NCBI GenBank assembly: GCA_032718475.1
Contig: JAUCBJ010001616.1
Location: forward strand, 1 to 64,000
From: Nemertoderma westbladi
Taxonomy: Eukaryota > Animalia > Xenacoelomorpha
Length of the DNA stretch: 64,000 nucleotides
Reading direction: 5' to 3'
The notes beneath the pieces were generated by a model, which was not told the DNA's origin, searched no databases, and saw nothing but the letters and a program-made list of their open reading frames with translations. This document shows, one piece after another, positions 12,950 to 25,384 of this stretch. How positions within the stretch are numbered: the stretch's first letter is position 1; every line of letters starts with the position of its first letter. Position numbers and translations under genes: made by a program.

Positions 12950-13570
12950 TGAAAAATCCGGCTCTGCCAGCAATAAGAAAAGTCGAAATATCATCATACC
13001 AAATTTCGTAGCATTTAATTGAAATTTGAAAAAATAAGGGGGGGGGGGGGGGGGGGGGGTTGGCTGCCTACGACTTCCTAAAAATAAAAATAAGGGATAT
13101 GGTGTAATTAACCACAATACGTAACTATAATTTTCTCTTTTGTCTTTAGAGTATTAGACTGGCTATTAAGAAAGCGGTCTCGGTGGTGTACTTTTAGACA
13201 AAATTTCCAAATTTGTTTGAAGAATCGAGTTAAATAAAATACAATACTAATAATATGTACAGTAGACAATTTTTAAGCAACAAAGCTGCCAAGACATAAC
13301 CGTTATTCTTCAACTTCATTCATACTGTTAGAAAGCTGGCCATGCAAGGATTCCAAATGTAACAAACACACTCTGAATTTCGTAGTAAAATAACTGATAT
13401 ATGAGTGTTCAAATTTTGCACTTGCCCGAGTAATTTTATTCTAATTAATATACATCATATTCTGGAACATTTATTTCTGTATGAATAGCTAGGTAATAGT
13501 ATGATTAAAGAAGTATTGCATTGTTGCCCAGCTACGTTTGGGATAAACAAAATGTTCAAGAATATGGTGT
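12950..13570. mobile_element. Diverged relative of the 16371-17307 foldback element
   Basis: Shares poly-G...ATGGTGTA terminus and GAAAGCTGGCCATGCAAGGATTCCAAAT internal motif with that element. Confidence 0.55.
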
Positions 13571-13595
13571 ATTTATAATAGAATAAAAAGCCCCC

Positions 13596-16055
13596 TCTAT
13601 CTTACAATTATTGTGAACGGGCTGGCTATCTTCTATCTTACAATTGTGAACGGGCTGGCTGTCTTCTAACTTACAATTGTGAACGGGCTGGCTATCTTCT
13701 ATCTTACAATTATTGTGAACGGGCTGGCTATCTTCTAACTTACTATTGTGTATGGGCTGGCTATCTTCTATCTTACAATTATTGTGAACGGGCTGGCTAT
13801 CTTCTATCTTACAATTGTGAACGGGCTGGCTATCTTCTATCTTACAATTATTGTGAACGGGCTGGCTATCTTCTATCTTACAATTGTGAACGGGCTGGCT
13901 ATCTTCTATCTTACAATTTGAACGGGCTGGCTATCTTCTATCTTACAATTACTGTGAACGGGCTGGCTATCTTCTATCTTACAATTGTGAACGGGCTGGC
14001 TATCTTCTATCTTACAATTATTGTGAACGGGCTGGCTATCTTCTATCTTACAATTGTGAACGGGCTGGCTATCTTCTATCTTACAATTATTGTGAACGGG
14101 CTGGCTATCTTCTATCTTACAATTGTGAACGGGCTGGCTATCTTCTATCTTACAATTATTGTGAACGGGCTGGCTATCTTCTAACTTACAATTGTGAACG
14201 GGCTGGCTATCTTCTATCTTACAATTATTGTGAACGGGCTGGCTATCTTCTATCTTACAATTGTGAACGGGCTGGCTATCTTCTATCTTACAATTATTGT
14301 GAACCGGCTGGCTATCTTCTATCTTACAATTGTGAACGGGCTGGCTATCTTCTATCTTACAATTGTGAACGGGCTGGCTATCTTCTATCTTACAATTATT
14401 GTGAACGGGATGGCTATCTTCTATCTTACAATTGTGAACGGGCTGGCTATCTTCTATCTTACAATTGTGAACGGGCTGGCTATCTTCTATCTTACAATTA
14501 TTGTGAACGGGCTGGCTATCTTCTATCTTACAATTGTGAACGGGCTGGCTATCTTCTATCTTACAATTGTGAACGGGCTGGCTATCTTCTATCTTACAAT
14601 TATTGTGAACGGGCTGGCTATCTTCTATCTTACAATTGTGAACGGGCTGGCTATCTTCTATCTTACAATTATTGTGAACGGGCTGGCTATCTTCTATCTT
14701 ACAATTGTGAATGAGCTGGCTATCTTCTATCTTACAATTGTGAACGGGCTGGCTATCTTCTATCTTACAATTGTGAACGGGCTGGCTATCTTCTATCTTA
14801 CAATTATTGTGAACGGGCTGGCTATCTTCTATCTTACAATTGTGAACGGGCTGGCTATCTTCTATCTTACAATTATTGTGAACGGGCTGGCTATCTTCTA
14901 TCTTACAATTGTGAACGGGCTGGCTATCTTCTATCTTACAATTGTGAATGGGCTGGCTATCTTCTATCTTACAATTGTGAACGGGCTGGCTATCTTCTAT
15001 CTTACAATTGTGAACGGGCTGGCTATCTTCTATCTTACAATTATTGTGAACGGGCTGGCTATCTTCTATCTTACAATTGTGAACGGGCTGGCTATCTTCT
15101 ATCTTACAATTGTGAACGGGCTGGCTATCTTCTATCTTACAATTATTGTGAACGGGCTGGCTATCTTCTATCTTACAATTGTGAACGGGCTGGCTATCTT
15201 CTATCTTACAATTATTGTGAACGGGCTGGCTATCTTCTATCTTACAATTGTGAACGGGCTGGCTATCTTCTATCTTACAATTGTGAATGGGCTGGCTATC
15301 TTCTATCTTACAATTATTGTGAATGGGCTGGCTATCTTCTAACTTACAATTGTGAACGGGCTGGCTATCTTCTATCATACAATTATTGTGAACGGGCTGG
15401 CTATCTTCTATCTTACAATTATTGTGAACGGGCTGGCTATCTTCTATCTTACAATTGTGAACGGGCTGGCTATCTTCTATCTTACAATTATTGTGAACGG
15501 GCTGGCTATCTTCTATCTTACAATTGTGAACGGGCTGGCTATCTTCTATCTTACAATTATTGTGAACGGGCTGGCTATCTTCTATCTTACAATTACTGTG
15601 AACGGGCTGGCTATCTTCTATCTTACAATTGTGAACGGGCTGGCTATCTTCTAACTTACAATTGTGAATGGGCTGGCTATCTTCTATCTTACAATTGTGA
15701 ACGGGCTGGCTATCTTCTATCTTACAATTATTGTGAACGGGCTGGCTATCTTCTATCTTACAATTGTGAATGGGCTGGCTATCTTCTATCTTACAATTAT
15801 TGTGAACGGGCTGGCTATCTTCTATCTTACAATTGTGAACGGGCTGGCTATCTTCTAACTTACAATTGTGAACGGGCTGGCTATCTTCTAACTTACAATT
15901 GTGAACGGGCTGGATATCTTCTATCTTACAATTATTGTGAACGGGCTGGCTATCTTCTATCTTACAATTGTGAATGGGCTGGCTATCTTCTAACTTACAA
16001 TTGTGAACGGGCTGGATATCTTCTATCTTACAATTATTGTGAACAGGCTGGCTAT
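13596..16055 (-). repeat. Mixed 33/36-bp tandem array (AAGATAGCCAGCCCGTTCACAAT[AAT]TGTAAGATAG on -), about 70 copies
   Basis: Two unit lengths differing by one AAT triplet, interleaved. Confidence 0.97.
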
Positions 16056-16370
16056 TAAGATGATTATTGATCTATGTAATAATTATTACATAAAGATAAC
16101 TCACACTGTTGGTATCTTATAATATATGTTATGTATAAACTATCTTATTATTTTACTTACACCGTATAATAATAATTTCAGCCCTGGTTGTATCCTGTCT
16201 GTATAATATAATTCATATTTTCACAATACGTCAAAACATTTTACTAATTATTGCCACCGTGTGTATCTGGCGAATAATAATAATAATTTATACCGGTTGA
16301 AGTTTAGCACTATGTGTAAAGGATATGAGAACACTGCTACTACTTTAACCACCATTAATTACTACCATTA

Positions 16371-17307
16371 CACCATGTCCCATAATATAATGTCGTAATT
16401 CAGTGACACGGCCCCCCCCCCCTAATTTTTCTACAAATCTTAATGAGATTGCATGAAATTTGAAACAGAGATAGTTCCACCTCCCGACAACTGAGTGGGT
16501 GAGCCAGAATTTTTATTTTTGCTTTCAATCTTCAGCTACAAGCGTTTAAAAACAGTGTCTCCGGCGATATTACACCAGTTGTACTGCAGTTATTCTTCTA
16601 CCTTATAGCAGTTTGTTGGTACCGATGGAAAGCTGACCATGCAAGGATTCCAAATATGTAAAAATATTTGAATTTGGTTGGGAAATAGCTGAGATATGGG
16701 CGTTCGAAAGTTGCATGTATTTTCACCTCCAATGGGCTATTTTATTCTATTTTATAAATACACAGAATTCTGGAATATTTTATTTTGCAAAAAACAGCAG
16801 CGCAAGTACTGACTATCAAGGTATACTAGAGGTAATTGTTTTCCAACGTTTAACTTGCATTTGTATTACTAATGCATAGCTATTTATGAAATAAATAAAA
16901 TATTCCAGAATTCTGTGTATTTATAAAATAGAATAAAATAGCCAAGTGCAGGTGAAAATACATGCAACTTTCGAACGCCCATATCTCAGCTATTTCCCAA
17001 CCAAATTCAAATATTTTTACATATTTGGAATCCTTGCATGGTCAGCTTTCCATTGGTACCAACCAACTGCTATAAGGTAGAAGAATAACTGCAGTACAAC
17101 TGGTGTAATATCGCCGGAGACACTGTTTTTAAACGCTTGTAGCTAAAGATTGAAAGCAAAAATAAAAATTCTGGCTCACCCACTCAGTGGTCGGGAGGTG
17201 GAACTATCTCTGTTTCAAATTTCATGCAATCTCATTAAGATTTGTAGAAAAATTAGGGGGGGGGGGCCGTGTCACTGAATTACGACACTATATTCTGGGA
17301 CATGGTG
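16371..17307. mobile_element. Foldback/MITE-like element with about 410-bp near-perfect inverted arms, TA-flanked
   Basis: TA|CACCATGTCCC...GGGACATGGTG|TA. Arms about 16371-16785 and 16895-17307, with a spacer of about 100 bp. Confidence 0.92.
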
Positions 17308-17398
17308 TAATTAAATGTCAAAAGATCTAAGTTGGTGTTGGTGTAAGGTGTGCAAATATAATATAAACGAGTAAAGTCGGTTATTCACAAAATATCAT

Positions 17399-20300
17399 TC
17401 AATCAATCTTATCACCGAATTTAAGAGAGTAGGTCCATTGTCTATTCCTTCCATAATGTTTTGCCTCTATTTCTCCATCTGCATTAACAGTCCATTGTAC
17501 ACAAGGTTCACTCGATTTACTTCCCGACGATTTAGTTTCGCTTAGAACATTTTGTAGTTCATCTGTATCATACAAACTGGCATTTCGTGATCGTCTTATA
17601 GAATCAGTCGATCTTATCATTCGACGTACAGCTTTTACTAATTCTGTCTCATTGTTTGGAATGTCATCGGCAGATTTTAACTGGAGACTCCCTCGAATGG
17701 ACCTCATCGCTTTATCTAACCTCCTGCTTCGGCAAAGCAAATTCGCGTTTACGCAGAGCCATAGGGTGTCTGCGCGTTGCAACATAGTAGGGTTGTTGGT
17801 GCCAATGCGAAGCGAAAAGAAATAAATAGCGAGAAAAGATACAAAACCCCATAACACAACGAAAAGGATTACAAGTCCAGGGTATTCTTCGATATTCTTT
17901 TTAAGGTTAAGAATATAATAAAGTTTATCAAAAGTCATCAAAAATGGACCCAAGTCCTGTACCTTTCTGCACCTACCATATTGATCGCAAACGCCATCAC
18001 TGTCAATGCCACAGGAACTTCCCGCCACTTTCACCACGTGTCTTCCAGGTACTGCCGAAATACACTGTTGATCCTCAACGTGAAAGCAACACAAACTGCA
18101 TTCTAACAACTCCTTCGTCTTATCAACCGAGCCTTCCAATGAGTTTATGTTACATTGGCATTCATTTCCAAAGTAACTTTGTGTTAAGCAAATTGAACCA
18201 TTACAGTGTCCTCCTATACAAACGCCATTATTTTCCCTGCATTTGATGAATTCATTTTCAATGTGTTTATGTTCAGCTGGTGGGCAGACAGAGTTTGTGC
18301 CATTGCACTCACTGGCCTTCGTACAATCTTTACTTTGCTGACATAATACACCCTTAGTTCTAAATTTACAACTAGTAGAGTCACAACATGGGCCGTTTTG
18401 GGGTGCGCATTGCTCTTTCAATTTACACCTTCTTGAAACAATTTTACTGTCTGAAGGTTCACAACAGTGATCGCCTTTCATCATACAAATTGCTGAATTC
18501 CCACAATCGCATTCCTCGTTATTTTCTGCCTCCCAGACTGCATTACCGCAGACAGCACCCACCAAACAAGGTTTAATTCTGTTACGCAGTCTTCTTTTTA
18601 ATACGGCCGTGATACTTTCTATAGAACATGGCGAGAGGTGAAAATTATTAGCGGTATGACCTTCAACTGCCTTATAATACAATAGGTATCGGCCAACTTC
18701 TTTGGGCGGAATACATAATCCCGAGTCGTGCAAGCTACCCAGGGAGTGACCAACCTCGTGGGCTAACACCAGAGTGGATCGGGGTATCGGCACAAACTCA
18801 CCGTACAGGTTGGTAGTGATCAAACCAGTGTTATAGGGATGTGTATTATCTGCCCCACATATACCACCATGGTCATTAAAGTTATTGCTGGGGTAGGCCA
18901 AACCTAAAGTGCCATTGTGAAATTCCCGATTAGTCATAATATACGCTAAACAGTAATCAACTCCTGGTTTTGAATTAGAAAAATTCTCTAGAAATGATTC
19001 TGTACCCAGGTACTTTGCATTAATAGATCTAAATGTAGGATGACTTTTATTAACATGATACATCACAAGTTTTCTGATTTTGAATTTAATTCCATTTACA
19101 ACACCGGGAAAATTTTCTTTGGCATAAATCGCATTTAATCCAGCCATATGATTTTGTATTTCAGTAAAAATTCGGACTGTGTCAAATTCAAAATATTCCG
19201 TATAACTCCGATCAATATATATTATCATCTGGCAGGTATCGTTTTTATTACCCGTAGAATGGCCACTATCTCTGCGAATTCTATCAGTAGAACGGCCACT
19301 ATCTCTGGGAACTTTATCAGTGGAACGGCCACTATCTCTGGGAACTCTATCAGTGGAACGGCCACTATCTCTGGGAACTCTATCAGTGGAACGGCCACTA
19401 TCTCTGGGAACTCTATCAGTGGAACGGCCACTATCTCTGGGAACTCTATCAGTGGAACGGCCACTATCTCTGGGAACTCTATCAGTGGAACGGCCACTAT
19501 CTCTGGGAACTCTATAAGTAGAACGGCCACTATCTCTGGGAACTCTATCAGTCGAACGGCCACTATCTCTGGGAACTCTATAAGTAGAACGGCCCCTATC
19601 TCTGGGAACTCTATCAGTAGAACGGCCACTATCTCTGGGAACTGTATCAGTGGAACGGCCACTATCTCTGGGAACTCTATCAGTGGAACGGCCACTATCT
19701 CTGGGAACTGTATCAGTGGAACGGCCACTATCTCTGGGAACTCTATCAGTGGAACGGCCACTATCTCTGGGAACTCTATAAGTAGAACGGCCACTATCTC
19801 TGGGAACTCTATCAGTGGAACGGCCACTATCTCTGGGAACTCTATAAGTAGAACGGCCCCTATCTCTGGGAACTCTATCAGTAGAACGGCCACTATCTCT
19901 GGGAACTGTATCAGTGGAACGGCCACTATCTCTGGGAACTCTATCAGTGGAACGGCCACTATCTCTGGGAACTCTATAAGTAGAACGGCCCCTATCTCTG
20001 GGAACTCTATCAGTAGAACGGCCACTATCTCTGGGAACTCTATCAGTAGAACGGCCACTATCTCTGGGAACTGTATCAGTGGAACGGCCACTATCTCTGG
20101 GAACTCTATAAGTAGAACGGCCACTATCTCTGGGAACTCTATAAGTAGAACGGCCACTATCTCTGGGAACTCTATAAGTAGAACGGCCACTATCTCTGGG
20201 AACTCTATCAGTAGAACGGCCACTATCTCTGGGAACTCTATAAGTAGAACGGCCACTATATCTGGGAACGTTATCAGTGGAACGGCCACTATCTCTGGGA

Positions 20301-20917
20301 ACTCTGGGAACATTAACGGGTTGGTCGTTGTTGTACCCGCTGGGAAAGCTTCCGCTTCCACCATCTTCAGTAACTCCGCAATAACCACCGTTAAACTCAA
20401 CATCACTTCCTCTAAAAATTATTGCACGTCTTTTAAAAACACCTTCATATTGATTGGACGGCTGAATATAATACGACTCATTCTCTGTAAACACAAAACC
20501 GTCAAAATTACCATCTCTAATCACACCATGTGCGTATGATTTTGGGTCGCCTTCGAGATAACCTTGATATGCATCCGTAATGACAATAGACTCGGTAGAA
20601 TTCCCTAAAAGAAATTCAGCGTCCGCTGTAAATCCCTCGGTATACGGTTTAAGATGGAGTTTAAATGTTTCTTTAAACGCGGAAATAGCAAAGACTACCG
20701 GGAGTGGTGGATCCGAAATGGACCATCTTTTAGTTCCTTTAGTAAATCCTGGAATGACCAAATCGATTTCTTCGTAATGAGATATAAACCCGCTAATTCG
20801 CCTAGGGCTACCGATATTCACAATAATATCAAATAAAACGAAAGTCAACGGAAATCTATACATCGGTACAACAAAAACGTTAATATTCAATGTTACCGAA
20901 GGCCTACTGTAGTTCAT
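17399..20917 (-). CDS. Intronless ADAM10/Kuzbanian-like metalloprotease-disintegrin with repeat-expanded pro-domain linker (alternative start at 20863)
   Basis: Pro-domain (FDGFV...YYIQP), Cys-switch-like GYCG, RIRR furin site, DYCLAYIMTNREF..GTLGLA, zinc motif HEVGHSLGSLHD, disintegrin (CGN...EECDCG...QCAPQNGPCC), Cys-rich domain, TM helix (LVILFVVLWGFVSFLAIYFF) and cytoplasmic tail. Confidence 0.92.
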   Translation of the reverse strand: MNYSRPSVTLNINVFVVPMYRFPLTFVLFDIIVNIGSPRRISGFISHYEEIDLVIPGFTKGTKRWSISDPPLPVVFAISAFKETFKLHLKPYTEGFTADAEFLLGNSTESIVITDAYQGYLEGDPKSYAHGVIRDGNFDGFVFTENESYYIQPSNQYEGVFKRRAIIFRGSDVEFNGGYCGVTEDGGSGSFPSGYNNDQPVNVPRVPRDSGRSTDNVPRYSGRSTYRVPRDSGRSTDRVPRDSGRSTYRVPRDSGRSTYRVPRDSGRSTYRVPRDSGRSTDTVPRDSGRSTDRVPRDSGRSTDRVPRDRGRSTYRVPRDSGRSTDRVPRDSGRSTDTVPRDSGRSTDRVPRDRGRSTYRVPRDSGRSTDRVPRDSGRSTYRVPRDSGRSTDRVPRDSGRSTDTVPRDSGRSTDRVPRDSGRSTDTVPRDSGRSTDRVPRDRGRSTYRVPRDSGRSTDRVPRDSGRSTYRVPRDSGRSTDRVPRDSGRSTDRVPRDSGRSTDRVPRDSGRSTDRVPRDSGRSTDRVPRDSGRSTDKVPRDSGRSTDRIRRDSGHSTGNKNDTCQMIIYIDRSYTEYFEFDTVRIFTEIQNHMAGLNAIYAKENFPGVVNGIKFKIRKLVMYHVNKSHPTFRSINAKYLGTESFLENFSNSKPGVDYCLAYIMTNREFHNGTLGLAYPSNNFNDHGGICGADNTHPYNTGLITTNLYGEFVPIPRSTLVLAHEVGHSLGSLHDSGLCIPPKEVGRYLLYYKAVEGHTANNFHLSPCSIESITAVLKRRLRNRIKPCLVGAVCGNAVWEAENNEECDCGNSAICMMKGDHCCEPSDSKIVSRRCKLKEQCAPQNGPCCDSTSCKFRTKGVLCQQSKDCTKASECNGTNSVCPPAEHKHIENEFIKCRENNGVCIGGHCNGSICLTQSYFGNECQCNINSLEGSVDKTKELLECSLCCFHVEDQQCISAVPGRHVVKVAGSSCGIDSDGVCDQYGRCRKVQDLGPFLMTFDKLYYILNLKKNIEEYPGLVILFVVLWGFVSFLAIYFFSLRIGTNNPTMLQRADTLWLCVNANLLCRSRRLDKAMRSIRGSLQLKSADDIPNNETELVKAVRRMIRSTDSIRRSRNASLYDTDELQNVLSETKSSGSKSSEPCVQWTVNADGEIEAKHYGRNRQWTYSLKFGDKID
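19250..20310 (-). repeat. 30-bp in-frame coding array (RVPRDSGRST[D/Y]), about 35 copies, inside the ADAM gene
   Basis: Period-30 repeat with the frame preserved throughout. Confidence 0.97.
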
Positions 20918-22410
20918 TGGGTATTAATATAATGTCCTTATTACCGGCCATTTTTAGTAGCTAATATTCACAAATTTTTGCATTTAAAGTGTCATAGCGT
21001 ACGATTGACATATATTTTTAAACAAATTGATGTTCTATAACAAATATTATTAATTCTAGAAAATGATATTAAATATTTTTGAATATATTTGTAAGGCCCC
21101 TCACACGGAGCCACTTGTTTCTGCAACTTATTGCTGGATACATTATTACTACACCTTGTAATCCCATAGACCAGATTTCTCATATTGGCTAGTTTCCTAG
21201 TTTTGGATACTTATTTTATTATTTTATAGAATACTAGCTACTATAAAAAAAATCTGGTCTATGTGTACCCAAGATGTAGTAATGCCTTGTTGGACCCTTT
21301 GAAATTTGTTGCTCAAGAAAATAACATTTTGTTTAAAAATAAGTATCTAACATGTCCAGTCATTTATATATAATATCAAATCACTCAAATCATCTAAAAT
21401 TAGTTAGTATAAAATTGGGATGTAAAAAAGACTTTAAAAAAAGTTGCTGGGAATGTAACTTTTTAAAAATGTTGCAGCAACTTGTTGCTGGTCTCCTCCC
21501 ACATACTGTAATACAGGTTCCAGTCTATTACCCCGTAGGAATTTTATATATGAGTGAGCTACCCTACAAAGATGTTTAGTACAGATATGTGACATTTAAT
21601 AAAATTTGGGTAGATTTCACCAAATGGTTGCGCTGGCTTTTTTGATGGTCTTATAAACATAGCACCGAAGGAAATTGCCATAGCAACAACTCTTATAGTA
21701 GATACAGTATAACGAGTTAACATTTATGAAAGATTGCTATTTTGGATATGATGAATTTAATGGCATATTTAGTTTTTTGAAAATACATACCATAGCAACC
21801 AAGCGAAAACGACCTTCAATGTTAGCAGTATTGACAATGTCCTTAGCAACGGGCTTTAAACGGGCGTAATGCATTTGCAATGGTCGTAGCGTCATCGGAT
21901 CAGAGTCTACCACCAATATATCAAGTCTAAGGAACAATATGCACTATTTTTCAGTTTCTAGTTGACATGGCAACGGGTAACTTTGACTAGAAACGGGCTA
22001 TATGTTATCCGTGGCGTCAGGAACCATATGATAGCATATGTGACAACATAATATTGCCAGTAACCCTTATGATTGAATAGATTGTTATTTTTCACCCGGC
22101 GAAAAAGTAAAATCAAATTTTTTTGGTGGAATTTGTGTGTATGAATGTTGAAAGATCATCGAAGTAGAAAAGGTTTGCACTTAATTTGAACAAAATACAA
22201 TCACAAAGACTAAAGAGATTGCAAACTTTTGTGTCTGCGAGGCGTAGCCTACTCTAAAACGGACCTCAATATCCAATATTGGTTTAAGTATTTACTAGTT
22301 AGTAATAAATATTCGAGAATATAAAATTATTTATGCCAATTTGACTTAAGTTATTGTTTCCAGTGGAAAGCTGGACGTGCAAGTATTCCAATTATGTAAT
22401 AAACACAGGA

Positions 22411-23437
22411 CCTACTACTACTACTAAGATCGGCATGCTGCATTGCAGCTGTATTTTTAGAATGCTGTGCCGGCTTATCGACAGATTTGCGCCGCCACAA
22501 CTCCCTATCACCCATGACATTTGCTAGATCATCCATCCGCATCTGCAAGGCCAGTGTCCTTTAAGATACGTATCAAGAAAGTCATGGGCTGTCCACCATG
22601 CTTATTCACTCCATGAGGCTGCCAAAGTACAAGATTATGCACTAGCTGGTCCTCACGGCGAAAGCAATGTCCTGCAAAGCGGAGGCGATTTTGTTCTGGT
22701 GTCAAGCTTGGGGGAACCAATGAGACACCTCCAATGTTATATAGTGTCTGGTTGGAGATGTGTGCATTGTACTTGACACAATGAATCCGGCGTAGCATTC
22801 TTGTGAATGTGCCATCCAGAGATTTGGTGTCCTCAGCAGTTAGAGTCCAGCATGGACTCCCATAGAGGAGTACTGGAACTACTGCTGCTCTAAATAATCG
22901 GACCTTAAGTTTCCGATTAATTCTCGGTGACTTCCAAATCCTGGAAAGCCTATTCAAGGCTGCCCATGCCTCTCCCTTACGAATTAGAAGTTCCTCACCT
23001 GACTTCCGGATCCATGATCCCAGGTAACAGAAGTCGTCCACATGCTCAAGCATACCATCCTTTGAGCTTATGCTCATCCGATCAGAGACTTGCTGAGCAC
23101 TTTCAAAGTTAACTGTCAAAATTCTGGTCTTTCTGGAGTTAATAAAAAGACCAATACTAGAAGCAGCATGTTCTAATGAGCTGAGGAGTCGTTGGACTCC
23201 CTCTAGTGATTCTGAGAGAACTCTTAAGTCATCAGCAAAGTCTAGAACAGTTAGGTACTTGGCAGGATTTCCTCGACTTCTGGAGCCAGTAGGTGGAGTT
23301 ATCATCACCCCATTATCATTATGATGATCTAAGGACATGCGTAGAATATAGTCAACCACAATTATGAACAGGAATGGTGCAAGTGTGTCGCCCTGGAGGA
23401 CGCCCCATAACACTTCAAATGGTTCTGTGTCACCATA
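22411..23437 (-). mobile_element. 5'-truncated RTE LINE (family A) flanked by about 131-bp direct repeats
   Basis: Near-identical to 9760-10906, with (GTA)n tail at 22411-22425. Flanks 22280-22410 and 23438-23569 are direct repeats. Confidence 0.93.
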
Positions 23438-23781
23438 TGGTTTAAGTATAATACTAGTTAGTAATAAATATTCGAGAACATAAAATTATTTATGACAATT
23501 TGACTTAAGTTATTGTTTCCAGTGGAAAGCTGGACGTGCAAGTATTCCAATTATGTAATAAACAGAGGAACATTTGAATACTAGGTGAACAATTTGGGAT
23601 AGGAGTAGTACCGGTAGCATATAGCACACCTATCTTATGGTAGCAGTTATCGAAAAAAGAAGAACAATCGGGTCTCCCCCTGCTTCGGCCGAGTGTTTGC
23701 TTGCTTCCATTTTGTTTGTTTGCAAACCTCCATTACTGGCCATTGCATTGCAGTAGTCAGGCATAGGCACTTAATAATAAA

Positions 23782-24932
23782 CTAGAGACGGGCCTAGCGG
23801 CCCGTGAAGCAAGTCGTAGGAGACAGTACGAGTCAAGTAAAAGCTTTTTGTTCTGTCTGATAATCAATTAGTGTGAGGGTAGTCCCGGTGGTGTACGAAA
23901 ATTTTTCTAGACAACTTCAAACTATAATTATTATGTTGTAATCATCTAATGAATTATAAAAGCTGTAGTGATTATAGAGATAGAGAGCAGTTAGCGAAAT
24001 GATTATTTTATTCTATCGGATAGAGTAGTCAGAGTCTCAGAGAGGAGTCGAGGTGTCAATTGATTAATAACAATAACAGCAGTTGTCATGAATTCAATAC
24101 AATCGCGCACAAGAAGTGATAAGACAAATTCGTTCTTATTTTTGTAATAAATAAAACAAGTTGAGATGTTTCAATGTAAACCGCGATTAACAATTTACAC
24201 TGTTCAATGTAAACCACGATATTAATTAAATATAACAATTATATTATTATTATAACAGATTTTTATATTTCAAACAATAATGTTAGCCTTATGGAGAATC
24301 ATTTTGAGGCTGAGTAAATATCCAGCCTTATAAGCATACAGCCTCCACAGTATTAATGTTGGCACAAAGATTTCAAAATAAAACAATAATTCGATGAGAG
24401 CATAGTACAATACACTGTGTAGCCAACACACTGTTTAACTAACAGTCATTTAGCTTGCACGCCAATTAATTAACATAGCAAGGATGCATTGGGAAGAGTT
24501 ATTCAGCTGAAACTGTAATAGCCAGTTAAACAAATTAATGTTTGCTTACTGTCTGGGTTGTATAGTAGAGTGATAATAAAACTTGGCAGAGAAAGTACTT
24601 CTTTGTTAGTTGACCTTCCTATTGAATGCATTACCAGGCCATCTCTATGCATTTTTCATGAGTGCCAGCTGGTGTTTTATCATTGCGCCTATGGCAATTT
24701 TAGTGTTTTGGGGCTATTTTTCGAAATAAAACAAGTTGAGATGTTTCAATTTAAACCGCGATTTCACAAGTACCCTTAGAAATCCATTTTCATGGTCCAT
24801 GCAAAATTTCATCAAAATCGTTAGAGCCGTTTTTGCTCTAGGTCAGTAGCCAGTAGTCAGTAGCCAGTAGCCAGTAGTCAGTAGTCAGTAGCTTTTTTTT
24901 CTTACAGTAATCAAGTCTAACGACTTGCTAAT
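23782..24932 (-). mobile_element. Non-autonomous Helitron/Helentron (HINE/DINE-like) element
   Basis: CTAG|T end at 23782 next to hairpin ACGGGCC-TAGC-GGCCCGT (23788-23805). Subterminal inverted repeats AGCAAGTCGT (23808-23817) and ACGACTTGCT (24920-24929). (CAGTAGY)n microsatellite at about 24843-24892. Confidence 0.65.
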
Positions 24933-25384
24933 AACTTAAAATTATTATTACACCAGATTCTCAAGGGTAATCAATGTATTTAAAGTTCCATTCCAAGGAA
25001 AAATGACATTTCTCATTACGTTGATGAATGGTTAATTATTTATTCAGTCCGGCTCATTTGATTGACAAGCTGAATAATAAATATATAAATTTAATACACA
25101 AATAAAGTTTAATGTAAATTTATTTAAAGAAATAGCTTTTTTTTCCACCGATACCACGATGTATAAACTTCCGAGCTCGCATTACCGATTTAGGATAATT
25201 ATACGTTAAGGGGGAGATAAGGGAAATAAAGCTATTTGTTTTACATTAAAATAATCTACATAATTATTTTGTATATATCTCAGATTTATTAAACTATTAA
25301 TAATAATTGGAAACAAACGGTTAGTTATAAAAAACGTTACAGAAAAATGAGGTCAGTTTGTAATGATTTTTGTTTTAAATTAGG

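Noticed and set aside
13918-15858. Plus-strand ORFs of NGLAIFYLTIV repeats
   Set aside because: A by-product of unit lengths divisible by 3, with no unique coding flanks and non-ATG starts.
19148-20539. 463-aa and 393-aa alternative ORFs over the 30-bp repeat
   Set aside because: Shadow frames of the ADAM coding repeat.
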